DNA from: Mytilus edulis
Lineage: Eukaryota
NCBI RefSeq assembly: GCF_963676685.1
Contig: NC_092352.1
Coordinates: 80,972,001-81,036,000, forward strand
Length of the DNA stretch: 64,000 bases
Direction: 5' to 3'
Every line of letters begins with the position of its first letter. Within the stretch, counting starts at the first letter, position 1. The notes beneath the pieces were generated by a model. That model ran no database searches. It saw only the letters and a list, made by a program, of their open reading frames with translations, and was not told the origin of the DNA. Positions 13,009 to 24,853 of this stretch are shown here, piece after piece. The translations under genes were made by a program, and so were the position numbers.

Positions 13009-14724
13009 TTAACGATTGATTTCAAACACATTACAAATTCCGTCGTTTAGATTTACAACAACCAATTGGTTAAACACTGAATTGAAATGAATAGCAGCCG
13101 GGTTATTCAAACTGTCTAACTCTGTCACAATTTCTCGCGAGTGTTTGCCATCCTCCGAGATCATCACAATATTGTTGGATTCAAAACCGGCTACAAACAT
13201 ATTACCATCATCCGCCAATGATATCCCACATGGTTTCTGGAGAATGTCATTCATAAATTCCCAAATTATATTCCCTGACAGATCACAACATATCACTTTG
13301 TTGGTATCCCATTTTGTGAAATACAGTTTTTCGTCTTTGTATGAAACATACAAAATTGCATCTCCTTGATTTTCCACGACTTTACTTTTCTTGCCTGCTC
13401 TATCAGTGATTAGGAAACCGAAATCTTTAATACGTGCAACAATTTTATAATCAGAGTGATGCGGGTCATATCCGATGGAGGTCGAAATACCATAGCTGGT
13501 GCTTGGAATGGATAATTTATGGCAAGTTGTTCCAGTTTCGGTGTTAACAAACTTAATTTTAGCTTTATTGGCCAGAGAGATGGCGACTTGGTTCTGAGAT
13601 TCATATGCCACATCTACAGGACTACCAATTACTGCTATTTCCTTTTTTAAATAACCATGGGGATCACATATAAGAAGCCTGTCATTGTTTTTGTCTGCTA
13701 TAGCAATATCTCCGGACGGAAGCATTGTACAACCAGTAAGACGTTGAGCATTCTTCCCTCCGGTAATATGAATTTGCCAATGTGTTTTTATTGAATATTG
13801 GTGCATGACATAACCGGGAGATCGAATAGCCTGGGCTTCTTTCTTTTTCAAAACTTCAAGCGACAAAATTATCGGTTTTTCTTCTATTGAGAGTTTCCCC
13901 AAAAGAGTTAAGTCACTTGTTATATAGAATATAGCAGGACTAATATCGAACTTGCATTCTGAATGTTTTAGTGTATCAGTTTGCAACAAATGTTCAATGA
14001 AACACTTATCTTCTTTTATAAACGATTCAATGTCCCGTAAACCAAGAAAGACCTGTAATTCTGAAGCATGGTTCTTCATGTTAATCAAATCATTTGAGGT
14101 CTGTTTGACTTTTACTGCTGCTTTCTCGAGATCTTCCATTAGTTTTTCTTTAACTGATAAACATTGGTTAAACTTACATGTCAGTTCATCAAGAATTTGT
14201 TTTTCAATCTTCTTTATGTGGTCATCAATTGTTTGCCGTAGTTCTTTAATTTCTTTCCGACATTTATGCATAGTCGCCGTGAGGGCCTCCATACTCTCGT
14301 CACACTCGGCAATAAGTAAATTGAAGTTTTTCCTTAACTCGTCAACAGTACTTTCAATGTCATTCATGAAGGCGGATGTTTTGACATTATGAATAACGGC
14401 AGAAAGGGGAAATAACTGGTCACAATCTTTATGTTTATCATGTAAACATTGCACACAACAGAGATCGTCATGAGCTGGACAGAAAAATTCGTATTTGCCA
14501 CTGTGCACATTACATTTGTCAGTAGCAGTCAGGATAAATGATGGTAAATTTTTGTAATCGTCTACCGATTGTGTTGTGTGGTTCTTGGACGACTTTGAGA
14601 TACTGTGGTGTTCGGTGCATTCGTGGCACAACAATTCATCACATTCGGAACACCAAATGATTGCAGTTTTTCTAGTACCACGTGATTCACATATATCACA
14701 AAATGACGTTGATGATGTAGCCAT
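13009..14724 (-). CDS. RING-less TRIM-like protein: two B-box zinc fingers, coiled coil, C-terminal NHL-like beta-propeller (571 aa)
   Basis: Uninterrupted ORF; B-box1 CDIC..WCSECDELLCHECTEHH..H, B-box2 CNVH..FFCPAHDDLCCVQC..H..C, helical middle region, NHL-type repeats (IAIADKNNDRLLI; PCGISLADDGNMFVAGFESNNIVMIS); candidate 5' UTR acceptor TATTACAG ending at 14748. Confidence 0.92.
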   Translation of the reverse strand: MATSSTSFCDICESRGTRKTAIIWCSECDELLCHECTEHHSISKSSKNHTTQSVDDYKNLPSFILTATDKCNVHSGKYEFFCPAHDDLCCVQCLHDKHKDCDQLFPLSAVIHNVKTSAFMNDIESTVDELRKNFNLLIAECDESMEALTATMHKCRKEIKELRQTIDDHIKKIEKQILDELTCKFNQCLSVKEKLMEDLEKAAVKVKQTSNDLINMKNHASELQVFLGLRDIESFIKEDKCFIEHLLQTDTLKHSECKFDISPAIFYITSDLTLLGKLSIEEKPIILSLEVLKKKEAQAIRSPGYVMHQYSIKTHWQIHITGGKNAQRLTGCTMLPSGDIAIADKNNDRLLICDPHGYLKKEIAVIGSPVDVAYESQNQVAISLANKAKIKFVNTETGTTCHKLSIPSTSYGISTSIGYDPHHSDYKIVARIKDFGFLITDRAGKKSKVVENQGDAILYVSYKDEKLYFTKWDTNKVICCDLSGNIIWEFMNDILQKPCGISLADDGNMFVAGFESNNIVMISEDGKHSREIVTELDSLNNPAAIHFNSVFNQLVVVNLNDGICNVFEINR

Positions 14725-15144
14725 GGTAAAAATATGCAGGAAAATATCTGTAATATCATATTAAATGCATTTACTCAATTATAGTTATTTTGAACTCCTT
14801 CCTCTAAGATTTTTCATGTGAAATTAAAAAAAAAAAGGAATTGGAATTTAATATTGATACTTAAATTCTGATATTAGTTAAGGAACAAAATAAGCTAAAA
14901 AGTATTGATAGGCTGAAGAATTCATTTTTCAGATATTTGATATTGAAAAAAAAAATGGAAGCATAAGACTTTTACCTTATATAGATATAAGAAGATTTGA
15001 TATGATTTCCAGTGAGACAACTCCCTATCCAAGTAACAAATTGTAAAAGTAAACAATTTTAGGTCAAAGTACGGTCTTCAACAACACGATCTTACAATAC
15101 GAGACTCAAATAATGCAAATGCTAAATACATGTATAAATAAATG

Positions 15145-15505
15145 ACTGCGGTATGGGCTTTGTTCATTGTTGAAGGCCATACGGTGACCTATTGTTGTTA
15201 ATTTCTGTGTCATTTTGGTCTCTAGTGGAAAGTTGTCTCATTGGCAATCATACCACATCTTCTTTTTTATATAATGCGTTTCATAAGTGTTTCTCTTTTC
15301 TCGTTTTTTTTATATAGATTAGACCGTTCGTTTTCCAGTTTAAACGGTTTTACACTAGCCATTTTTGGGGCTCTTTATAGCTTGCTGTCCAGTATGGGCA
15401 AAGGCCACGTGTTGAAGACGATTACCTATAATGATTTACTTGTACAAATTGTGACTTGAATGGAGAGTTGTCTCATTGGCAATCATACCACATCTTCTTA
15501 TATCT
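15145..15505 (+). repeat. Two partial tandem copies of the dominant interspersed repeat of this window
   Basis: GTATGGGCTTTG(T/C)TCATTGTTGAAGGCC...GTTGTCTCATTGGCAATCATACCACATCTTCTT; further copies at about 4400-4650, 16280-16490(-), 20705-20900, 46650-46860, 50870-51040(-), 51830-52025. Confidence 0.75.
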
Positions 15506-16490
15506 ATCTAACGACTGATTGAAGTCTTTAATCAAAAGGAAAGTGGGTGAGATGCGGCCAAATATTTTACCCTGTATCGTAAGGAAAAACCAAAGGAGTC
15601 TGAACATCTGACAAAATACCTGAACCTCAGCAGACCACATTGTTCAGTTTCAGTTCATGTACAAAATGTAAGAATCATACAAAGGGTTATGTACTTATAG
15701 TTATAAAAATACATAAATCATCACCACACTTTATGATGCTCAATAAAAATTATTATATCATGTATTCATGAACATATCTATGATTTCAGATTTTTTCGTT
15801 GTTGTTTTTTTTTTTAGATATTTTATGTCATTGTTTTCTTATCTTTATTCCTTGTTTCCTTCTTACTATCTATTATTAGTTTTCCAGCACAATATTATTT
15901 ATTCTCTCTATTAGTTTGCTAATGATTTTCCCGTCTGTCACTCCATCTGGACCTTAATTCATAAGAACATATTGTTTTTATTACACTAAACTGAGATTTG
16001 TAAAAAAGAAAGTATTAAACTTAAGACGAAAAAGAATGTAATGTGACCTTAAGCTATAAAAAAAAAACCCATCATATATAATTTAATAAACAGGATGCAA
16101 GTAACACAAGTACATTGTAAGATGATTGAATTAAATTATGTGAAAAGTAATACAATGGGAACATTACTTATGTCACCGGAAGAAACTGTTGTAACGATTG
16201 AATGATAATAAAGCCCGTTAAAACACGTATTTATTTAGTTCGTAAAAAGTAACATAGTACTATAAGAGGTTTATATTTATCAAAATAAGGAGGTGTGATA
16301 TGATTGCCAATGAGAAATCTCTTTACGAGAGACCTAGAAATCAATAACAACCTGAGGTTGCCGTACGACCTTCAACAATGAGTAAAACCTTTTTCTGCTT
16401 ATTAAGTAAGCTATAAAAGGCTCCCAAATGACCAATGTTAAGCGAGAAAACTATAACGGTCTGATTTATGTACAAAAAAATACGTAAAAC

Positions 16491-17215
16491 ATATTTATCA
16501 TATGTTTAGTAGTAAATACAGTAGTTTTGCATATGTGATAAATAGCCTGCTGTTTAATCCATATCGCGCAACTTTGATGCGCACCCTTTATCGCATACCC
16601 TTTATCACACCCCTACCCTTTATCGCATACCCTTTATCACACCCCTACTTTTTTTTTTTTTTTTTTTTTTTTACATAAAGTCAGTTTGATTTTTTTTTGG
16701 CTTAAGAAAAATTTTCCTCAAAATAGGTAAATTTTTTGAATGACGTCATTGTTTGGTATGTGACGTCACGAACGTCGAGTTTTCATATTGTATGTGACGT
16801 CACGAACGTCAAGTTTTCATATTTTTTGGCACACTAAATGCAACTATGAAAAATACAAAACACACAAATTAATACAATAATAAACAAAATATTTTTAAAA
16901 CAACAGCACGCAAATTGTAAGGTAACCCAGGTGCTTCGGATAAGTAATTGAGCAGTTCTTTTAAGGCCTTTGAAACAAGACAAAAGTAGAACTGAAGGTA
17001 ACCCAGTGCTATGGATCAGAAAACAGTTCATATAATATAATACTCTTCTGTTGAAATATATGATAAAGTGTATAATACATGGCAAAATCCGTATCACATG
17101 CCGTATCACCCTCGACCAATATCATCCCTCGGGCCTAAAGGCCCTTGGGCTGATATTGATGTCTCGGGATGATACGACATATGATACGGATTTTGCCATG
17201 TATTATTCTCTATAT
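16491..17215 (-). mobile_element. Non-autonomous Crypton-architecture element (terminal hairpin plus short inverted repeats)
   Basis: Hairpin 17072-17206; inverted repeat TTTATCATAT (16494) / ATATGATAAA (17058); ATAT at both ends; splits a host repeat that rejoins across it. Confidence 0.75.
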
Positions 17216-18117
17216 AATATACAGCAACAAATGACGTCCACTCAGTTACCGGCCCCTGGCTTGGGACAGGCACATACATAATGTGATGGCCTTAAACATG
17301 TAAGCAGGCGCCCAAACCTTCCCTTACGTGGGCAGTGGTGTGACAATATACCATATGAAACAACAACTGAAATATCTGTCAGTTCAATAATGTTGATTGA
17401 TTGATTATGGTGATTATTTTATTTTAACCCCTTTTAGACACTGCAGGCTAGGCATAGACGCCTATTTTTATTAAAAGAGAAATGATAGTTGGCATAACCG
17501 AGACATTAACCATTGGCAGGAAAATTAGCCTTCCTAGTCAAATAAGACACGAGTCGAACGCACTTGAAACGAGTAGGATTCGAACTCACAACACCAGAGT
17601 TGACAGGCAGATAGATGAACTACTAAGACCCCAACAACCACTATAACCCCTCGATACTTTCTTTTTTGTCATATTTTAAGATTTTGTAAAAACATGAATG
17701 ATGTGAAATGAAGTCAGAGGGACAGATCAAACAGTGATTGCATCCTAAATGATTAAAAACATATATTTGTATAGTGCTTGAAAAAGTAATTGATACAGAT
17801 ATTTCCAAATATTGTTTTCAGCGTTTTGGTTTTACAAATGTATATGTGTTACATCAACTGAATTAGATTTATTCAAATATTTAAGCAGTTGAACTTTATA
17901 TACAATTTGAAAAATAAATCAGAATAAATAGTTATGCATGTTAAAACACAGTAAAATACATACCTAGCGAATGATACAGGACGACAAATTCAGGAAGAAA
18001 TAAAAAATGATGTGTCAAAGCTTTTTGAAAGAGGAAATATAAATATCAAATAACAATATAACAAAGTCCAAATGACAAGTACTTATATCCTTCAGTATTT
18101 CCGTGTCATTTGTAAAT

Positions 18118-18119
<2 letters not shown>

Positions 18120-18148
<29 letters not shown>
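18120..18148. repeat. (TA)n microsatellite
   Basis: About 14 TA units. Confidence 0.95.
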
Positions 18149-18153
<5 letters not shown>

Positions 18154-18793
18154 TACATGTATGCATATTGAATGTAAGGTTAAAAGTTGTTTCAGAAATG
18201 ATGACATTCGAAACGGTTGCTTGTTTATGAGTGAGAAAATAGAGAATTAAAGAGACGTAGAAATAGGTTTACATATTTATAGTGGCAAATATTACATATC
18301 GCTGTTCGTATAACATAAGGCATGGATTGGTTGATGTTTAACGAATAGTGGCAAATATTTAATGTCACTGTTTGTTTAATATAAGGCATGATGAATATAT
18401 TGAAATTCAACGTATAGTGGCAAATATTACATGTTATTGATCTTCTGGTATAGAGAGTATATGCATATGATATACTTATACCACATCTTCCTAATATATC
18501 TATATAATATACATTGTATCTATATAAACACCGTCATTTGGTCTCTTGTAGGTAGTTGTGTCATTGGAAACATACCCCATCTTTTTATAATAACTCAGAC
18601 GCTGAATTTACCGGCCAACCTTCGTCTTAACTTTACCAGTCTCGTGTCAACTTAATAAGCAGTCAATTAAAATACAAATATTCAAGTCTTTGAATTCCAT
18701 CATTTAAACATGTTTCATTTGATATAGCCATGATGACGAACAACATAAAGGGTAAGACGCACAACTGGCCTAGTTCTCTTTCATATATGATTA

Positions 18794-19036
18794 GGAAAAG
18801 ACCACTTAACTTCAAAGGTATGGGGGTTATTTTTTTTCTCCTAAAAATATTATGATTCCCAATTTGAAGAAAACAGTATGTTTGCAACGCAAAATTTTTA
18901 ATCCAGATTTTACTATTATTTCAAAGTGTTAAATTTGATTGATAGCTTCGAATAAGGTATGGCTCTTAGCGCTAACAACATTTTTTTGTCTCAAAAAAAA
19001 AATAATCCCCAATTCCGAAGTTAAATGCTTGCTCTC
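18794..19036. mobile_element. Degenerate PIF/Harbinger-like MITE
   Basis: Imperfect TIRs (GGAAAAGACCACTTAACTTC / GAAGTTAAATGCTTGCTCTC) with TTA on both flanks. Confidence 0.55.
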
Positions 19037-21452
19037 TTATAACATGTATAATTAAAGAATATGAAGACACACACAAACAATATTAAATAATTATGAATTG
19101 TACAATATCATAGCTAAAGAAAAATTACAAATACCACCCCCCCCCCCAAAAAAAAACCAAACAAACAAACAAACAAAAAAACAACAACAACAACAAACAA
19201 AAACAGTCGTTCATTTTATATGGCTATATTCATATTAAAAAAAGTCATTATTATTAGTTATAGGTGAACATGGATGTCAGGGTGTTGTTAAAGTAGCATT
19301 TACAATACTTTCTCAAAACGTATGAGTCTCCATTTCAATCTTTGTCTTTTACACATAAGCCTTTTTAATGCACATATCACGTATATATGCGTTTGATGAA
19401 CAGAGCCCGAAGATTTTTCACGCGTTCCTTAAATTAGGAAAAAACCCGATGGCATTGGAACAATTACTTCAAAATTTTGTTCAGCGCCTTGGACGAAAAG
19501 ATGCACAGACTCGAACGCATTGTGTCCTTTGTCCGTCTAAGTCTAGGCATTTAACACAGTTACACGCAATCATCTATAAATAAACACCATTTTTTGTTTA
19601 CAAAACACCACTCGAACCTCAAACTTTTCGGGATTTGCCAAACAAAGTTATCACTTTGATATGATTTGAGTTACTTCTCTTTGGTCGTAGACCATCAATA
19701 TTGATGACTTTTATTAACTCGGAACAATTCAAGCCCCGATTTTCTCCCACACGTAGCCTTCGTAGATCAGCGGAATATATAACGACTGAATTATTCGGGT
19801 TAGATTTTAATGTAACCAGAAAACCCCTAAACATATTTTGCACTGCAAATAAAGCGAGGTGAAATCAACACTAGTATACATACTTGATTAGGGGTCAGGT
19901 CAAGGACCCCCCCGCACCTTGGCCCGGGGGGGGGGGGGGAGTTTCTTGTTGCATTGCAGACCCATAAGTGGCCTTTGGCTGTTGTCTGCTCTATGGTTGG
20001 GTTGTTGTCTCTTTGACATATTCCCCATTTCTATTCTCAAATTTATATAACATTGAAAATAAACTTATCAAAGAGAGTAAAAGATTTCGGTGATGATGAT
20101 AACGTGTTTTACGTTCAGTGACAAATATATCAGGACAAGAACATGTTAATTTGAAAATATTAAAATATTGACTGCTTTGTTCTAAACCAACATGCAAGTC
20201 CAAGTCAGGAACCTGTAATTCAGTGTTTGTCATTTGTTGATGCGTTACATATTTGTTGTTGGTTCATTTTTTTTGTACATAAATTATACCGTAAGATTTC
20301 TCGTTTGTTAGTATGTAGGCCGTACGGTAACTTATATTTTTTTAATTTCTGTGTCATTTTGTCTCTTGTTGAGAGTTGTCTCATCGACAATCATACTAAA
20401 TCTTCTTTTTTATATATACAACATGCAACATGCCATAGTTTCCAGGCCATACTATTTTTCTGAAGAAGTAAATTAAATGGCACTTTATTTTAATCGAATC
20501 CCGAATTTGCGATAATGTAATGTTTTTAACAGATGGGAACAAGCTATAGGTCATATACCCCAAGAGGACAATGCATGTATTTAAATATTGGTCTAAACGC
20601 ATTTCCGTTGACGTCTTATTGTACCCATGTACATCGTGTTCATATCAGAAAAGCACCAAGTACAATTTTACGTTTTTTGTTGGAAACCGACTTCATTTAC
20701 TGATATAAATAAGGCCGTTAGTTTTCTCGTTTGAATTGTTTCAAATTGTCTTATCGGGGCCTTTTATAGCTGACTATGTGGTATGGGTTTTGCTCATTGT
20801 TGAAGGTCGTATGGTGACCCATAGTTGTAAATGTGTGTGTCATTTTGGTCTCTTATGGACAGTTGTCTCATCGGCAATTATACCACATCTTCTTTTTTTA
20901 TATTAGGGTAAAGCCTTCAACCTCTGGGGTCTAACCTTCAACAACTCCTTAGTCATGATCCTATTGTTGAATCTCATATTATATATTTTTTAGTCGATGT
21001 TTTTTTAATAAATGGTGTATAGTGTTTTCTTCTGTTTTGCCGTTAAACCACAGTCCCAGGTGAGAGTAAAGCTGGCATATTCAAACCTGTGTAAATCAAC
21101 CAAATTATATAATATGTAACTGTCCCAAGCCGGGACTCTATAGTTCAGGGGTTGTCGTTGGTTTATGTTTGTTATTTAATTTCTTTTGTAAATTGTTTTG
21201 TTACATATAAGGCCGTACATTTTCTCAATTAAATAGTTTCATACTTATCATGTTTGGGACAGCCAAACGGTGTGAGTTTTTCTCATTGATGATAACCGTA
21301 AATAATATAATGGTTCTCGCTTGCCAGTCATGTTTTTTTTATCATACGCATACTAATGTATTGTTTAACTACAAAGTCACTAAAGAATAACATTGATTAA
21401 ATACTTTTAATTTTAATAGTTTCTACTTCAAAACAACACGCTACAATATATG

Positions 21453-21587
21453 TTATTCAGGTCGCAGACAGGGTATATAATGTGACATTCCCGGCTTAGG
21501 CTTTATATTTCCTGAGCCGGAGGCGAAGGAAATATAAAGCCTAAGCCGGGAATGTCACATTATATACCCTGTCTGCAACCTGAATAA
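21453..21587 (+). repeat. Terminal hairpin of the Crypton: 61-bp arms (one mismatch) and 13-nt structured loop
   Basis: 21453-21513 is the reverse complement of 21527-21587; loop GA-GCC-GGA-GGC-GA. Confidence 0.95.
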
Positions 21588-22294
21588 TACATATATTACG
21601 GATTACCCTTTCATGAATTTTCAAGTAATACTTTAATTTGTTGAATTAATACGGACATACAATACAAGTTTGTGTACAGTACTCCTCTTCAGTTCATTTT
21701 TAGTGTGTATCTCGATGAATAGATTTTTTTAACGCCAAATATAGTGTTGAAAACAGTATTTATTATGCAGATTTACTGTGTGAGAACAAGTAGTTTTTCT
21801 TACAGCTATGTACTTTGACCACATGAAATATTTATAAACCCATCCTTATATAGTATTTCCGCTTATGATACGTAAAATATTTTTTTTGGGTTAAAGTATA
21901 CATTGTACTTGACAATAGTAATACGATTCGGTCATATATTTAGTATTTGCTTTTCAAATAGCGTTCTTTAAATAAAAACCACATCATTGTAGAATACCCA
22001 TCGTTGTATACCCTGTTGGAGCCTCTGACATTCTTTTACTGTGTGATGTGAATTACGTCACGTGACATTGTGCATTGTGTAGTGTATTTGGAGAAAGGGG
22101 GAAACTATAATAAATAATTAAATACAGAATTTTAGGAGCTCACAAATTTTATAACATAATGTATATTATCAACAACAAATTGTAAACGTAAATAGAAGCT
22201 TTTAAATGAAACGAATTAACAGTTTTAATTATCTATAACATCTGTAAAATCCCTTTAGAACCCAACGTCAGAAAAGTTTTCCGGGCGCAAAAAT

Positions 22295-23608
22295 TTAACT
22301 CTTGTTGATGGTAATGTTCAAGTTTGTTATTGTACATCCCTGGATCATTGGAGCTTGTAGGAAAGGTCTAGGGTTGCTGACTGTAGTAAGTGCGTGATAT
22401 TCACAGAACAAGTCATTGACGTTGACACCTTCAAGATCTTGAATTATAGGGAAAGTTGTTGAAGTTGAAACAAGTTCGCTTGAAGTAGTTGAAACCGGCA
22501 TGAGTGCTGCAGTGTTTGTAGCTGGCATAACTGAAAGGGAAGACGGTTGTTGGCCACGAACAGAGTTTGTGATAATTTCACCCATTACTTGTTTCTCTCT
22601 GTTTGAAACACGTTGGTATACTGCAACAGAGGATGCGGATTTATGGCCTGTCACGGACATTATCTGTGCCATTGAACAATTTCTTCCGAGAATAGTTGCG
22701 CCTGTTGCTCTAATAGAGTGATTGGTGTATGTTGTGGACAGGCCTACTTTATTACTAAGTGTCGACAAGAAAGATGATAATGTGTCTTTTCCTATGGGAC
22801 GTTTTGTGTACCAGCATTCATCACTGGAGTTGAAACTTTCTTTTGGATATTGCCAAAGTCTATCAGAATCTGGATGCAACTTTGAAAGGTAGGTTTCAAA
22901 ATTTTTCACAGGACAATATTCAGGCATTTCAGGATCTTCAGGCATATGCCCAGACACTTTCTCATGATCGGATTCTCTCTGATTTTTTGTCATTTCATCT
23001 ACCTTTTTAAGAATATACTTTCGGCCAGTATTTGCGTAAGTTTTGACAACGAACGTTTCCTTTGTCATGGATTCCATATTTTCATTTGCTCTGCGGCAAA
23101 AATATAAACGAATGTTCATTTGAACACGGTTTGCTAGCCCAAATGGTGTACTTGGGTCCAAATAAATGCTATTATATAGCTTGGTAAGATCCTCAGATTC
23201 TATATCAGGGTAGTGAACAATGTCCCCTTTCCCAACTGATTTTATTTCTGCTTTGGCTGTTTTGAAACACTCATTTGCATCTGTAAACTCCGTGTTTTTG
23301 ATTAAATCAAATTTTTTCAAGAAGGGTGGACTTTTCAGATATCGATTTAATGCATGCCTTGTATTAATCAAAGTGGTAGATTTGTACATTTCCCCTTCTT
23401 TTGTGCGGGCATCCATATAAAAATGAGAAAGTGTTTCCGCAAGTCTGTTAATTTCAAAGCTTTCAAAGTTTGTGTCCATGTTTTTTTCCCGTAAATATGA
23501 GCGAAGTAAATTTGCTGCACCCTTATTTGCCTTGGTTGTGTTTACAGGAACCAAATTCTGTTTTTTTGCAATAACATCTTCTTCAGAATGAGAAGCAAAC
23601 CGCTTCAT
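22295..23608 (-). CDS. Crypton tyrosine recombinase (DUF3504 / KCTD1-ZMYM-related family), 437 aa
   Basis: Catalytic set intact: R in YFCRRANE, HxxR in TNHSIRAT, H in VTGHKS, Y in SVAVY; family motifs FYMDARTKEGEMYKSTTL, CPVKNFETYLSK, WYTKRPIGKDTL. Confidence 0.92.
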   Translation of the reverse strand: MKRFASHSEEDVIAKKQNLVPVNTTKANKGAANLLRSYLREKNMDTNFESFEINRLAETLSHFYMDARTKEGEMYKSTTLINTRHALNRYLKSPPFLKKFDLIKNTEFTDANECFKTAKAEIKSVGKGDIVHYPDIESEDLTKLYNSIYLDPSTPFGLANRVQMNIRLYFCRRANENMESMTKETFVVKTYANTGRKYILKKVDEMTKNQRESDHEKVSGHMPEDPEMPEYCPVKNFETYLSKLHPDSDRLWQYPKESFNSSDECWYTKRPIGKDTLSSFLSTLSNKVGLSTTYTNHSIRATGATILGRNCSMAQIMSVTGHKSASSVAVYQRVSNREKQVMGEIITNSVRGQQPSSLSVMPATNTAALMPVSTTSSELVSTSTTFPIIQDLEGVNVNDLFCEYHALTTVSNPRPFLQAPMIQGCTITNLNITINKS

Positions 23609-23798
23609 GTTGCCTTGTTTGATCTTGTTTTGTTTTGCAGACGATATTATGAGTGCGCATAAACGGAAATTATTAGTTTTGTTATTTTTTTTACAAATAA
23701 TTTTAATATAATTTTTTTTTCTGAAGTAGCTGATGCATAAATATAACTAAAATTTATATTTATTACAATGTAATTGACATGTTTATCGCTGAACCAAG

Positions 23799-24135
23799 TT
23801 TCAAGTTTTCAAGTTTTTTATTTCTCAAAGACCCCAACAGGGGTATGTGAACAATAACAAATACTACATAAGTATTCATAATATAACAAATAACAAAGTA
23901 TCAAAGTAATGCAGTGAACATTATAAACATTCATTAACATATATACATTTGAAAAAGTAATGCATTTAAAGGAAGACAGTAAACTTCAAATGGACATATT
24001 AATGGTTGAAACAATATTAGTTTAATTAACAACAGATAGTACAATTTTACAAAATTTTGCAATTTTAAGAACAACATTGTAAGAGTCAGAATTAAATAAT
24101 TCATAAAATTTGTCAGTATTATGATTGATAATAAG
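23799..24135 (-). mobile_element. 5'-truncated LINE 3' end (CR1/L2-group-like) nested in the Crypton upstream region
   Basis: Minus strand reads ..NHNTDKFYELFNSDSYNVVLKIAKFCKIVLSVVN-stop, then AT-rich UTR, AATAAA and a short (ACTTGAA)n tail. Confidence 0.5.
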
Positions 24136-24853
24136 ATTACAACCGTAAAATAATCAGCCATCTTTTTTATTTTTCTATTGAAAATTTTTGGGGTGCCAAT
24201 TGGGGCAAAACACGTCATATATACCCTGGCAGTTTCCTGAATATATACTGACATCTCCTAGCTGTTATCCAATCACAAAACTCGACACATTTGTAATCCG
24301 TAATATTTACTGTTATTACCGTTAGGAAAACATTCTAGTAAAATAACAAAGATAAATCTTTCTAATTGCTACTTATGTTGAGGGCTTTATGAAGATGTAA
24401 CACATGCCCTAGGCGACATCTATTTATTCTTACTGTGCTATAATTGTAGATACTACAAGCACCACAGCTTACACATGTTTTTAACTACCCCAGATGTTCT
24501 GAACTCTGTTGTCTCATTGGTACACATATCAACTTTACTTATTTATATCTAATTGAAAAATAACGACAAACATTAAGCGTTCCAAGACAAAACCCAGGTT
24601 CAGTGTTTGTCGTTTTTACATGTCATATTTGTTTTTCATCAATATTTTTGTAATTTATAATCTTTCAGTTTTCACAATTGCATTGTTTCTTTTTTAATTG
24701 CCGTGAGTGTCAATGGTCATATCTTTTATATTTAGTGTTTCATTTTTGTTTTATGTCGGGGCATTTTAGAACCGACTATAGGTATGGATGTTTCTTATTA
24801 TTGAAAGCCGTTCGGCGGCCTGTAATAATTATTACTTAAATCAACTTCATTCA

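Larger units (their letters stand above)
21445..24306 (-). mobile_element. Full-length Crypton-type tyrosine-recombinase transposon
   Basis: Contains an intact recombinase ORF; hairpin 21453-21587; 14-bp inverted repeats ATATTACGGATTAC (21593-21606) / GTAATCCGTAATAT (24293-24306); AATAT at both ends; absent from paralogous sites at about 35090 and 58130. Confidence 0.9.

Noticed and set aside
13145-14764. Plus-strand and alternative-frame ORFs overlapping the TRIM-like gene
   Set aside because: Antisense or frame shadows of a real CDS; the same applies to ORFs opposite the Crypton, RT and GPCR genes.
18270-18432. Three copies of ATAGTGGCAAATATT at about 65-69-bp spacing
   Set aside because: Short degenerate tandem repeat with no further structure; insufficient evidence of function.
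22295-23608. Bacterial or phage integrase (contamination or horizontal transfer)
   Set aside because: Motifs match the eukaryotic Crypton/DUF3504 family, and the element is embedded in host repeats with paralogous empty sites.
23934-24254. 106-aa hydrophobic ORF as a second Crypton gene
   Set aside because: Mostly an alternative frame of the nested AT-rich LINE remnant; no recognisable domain.
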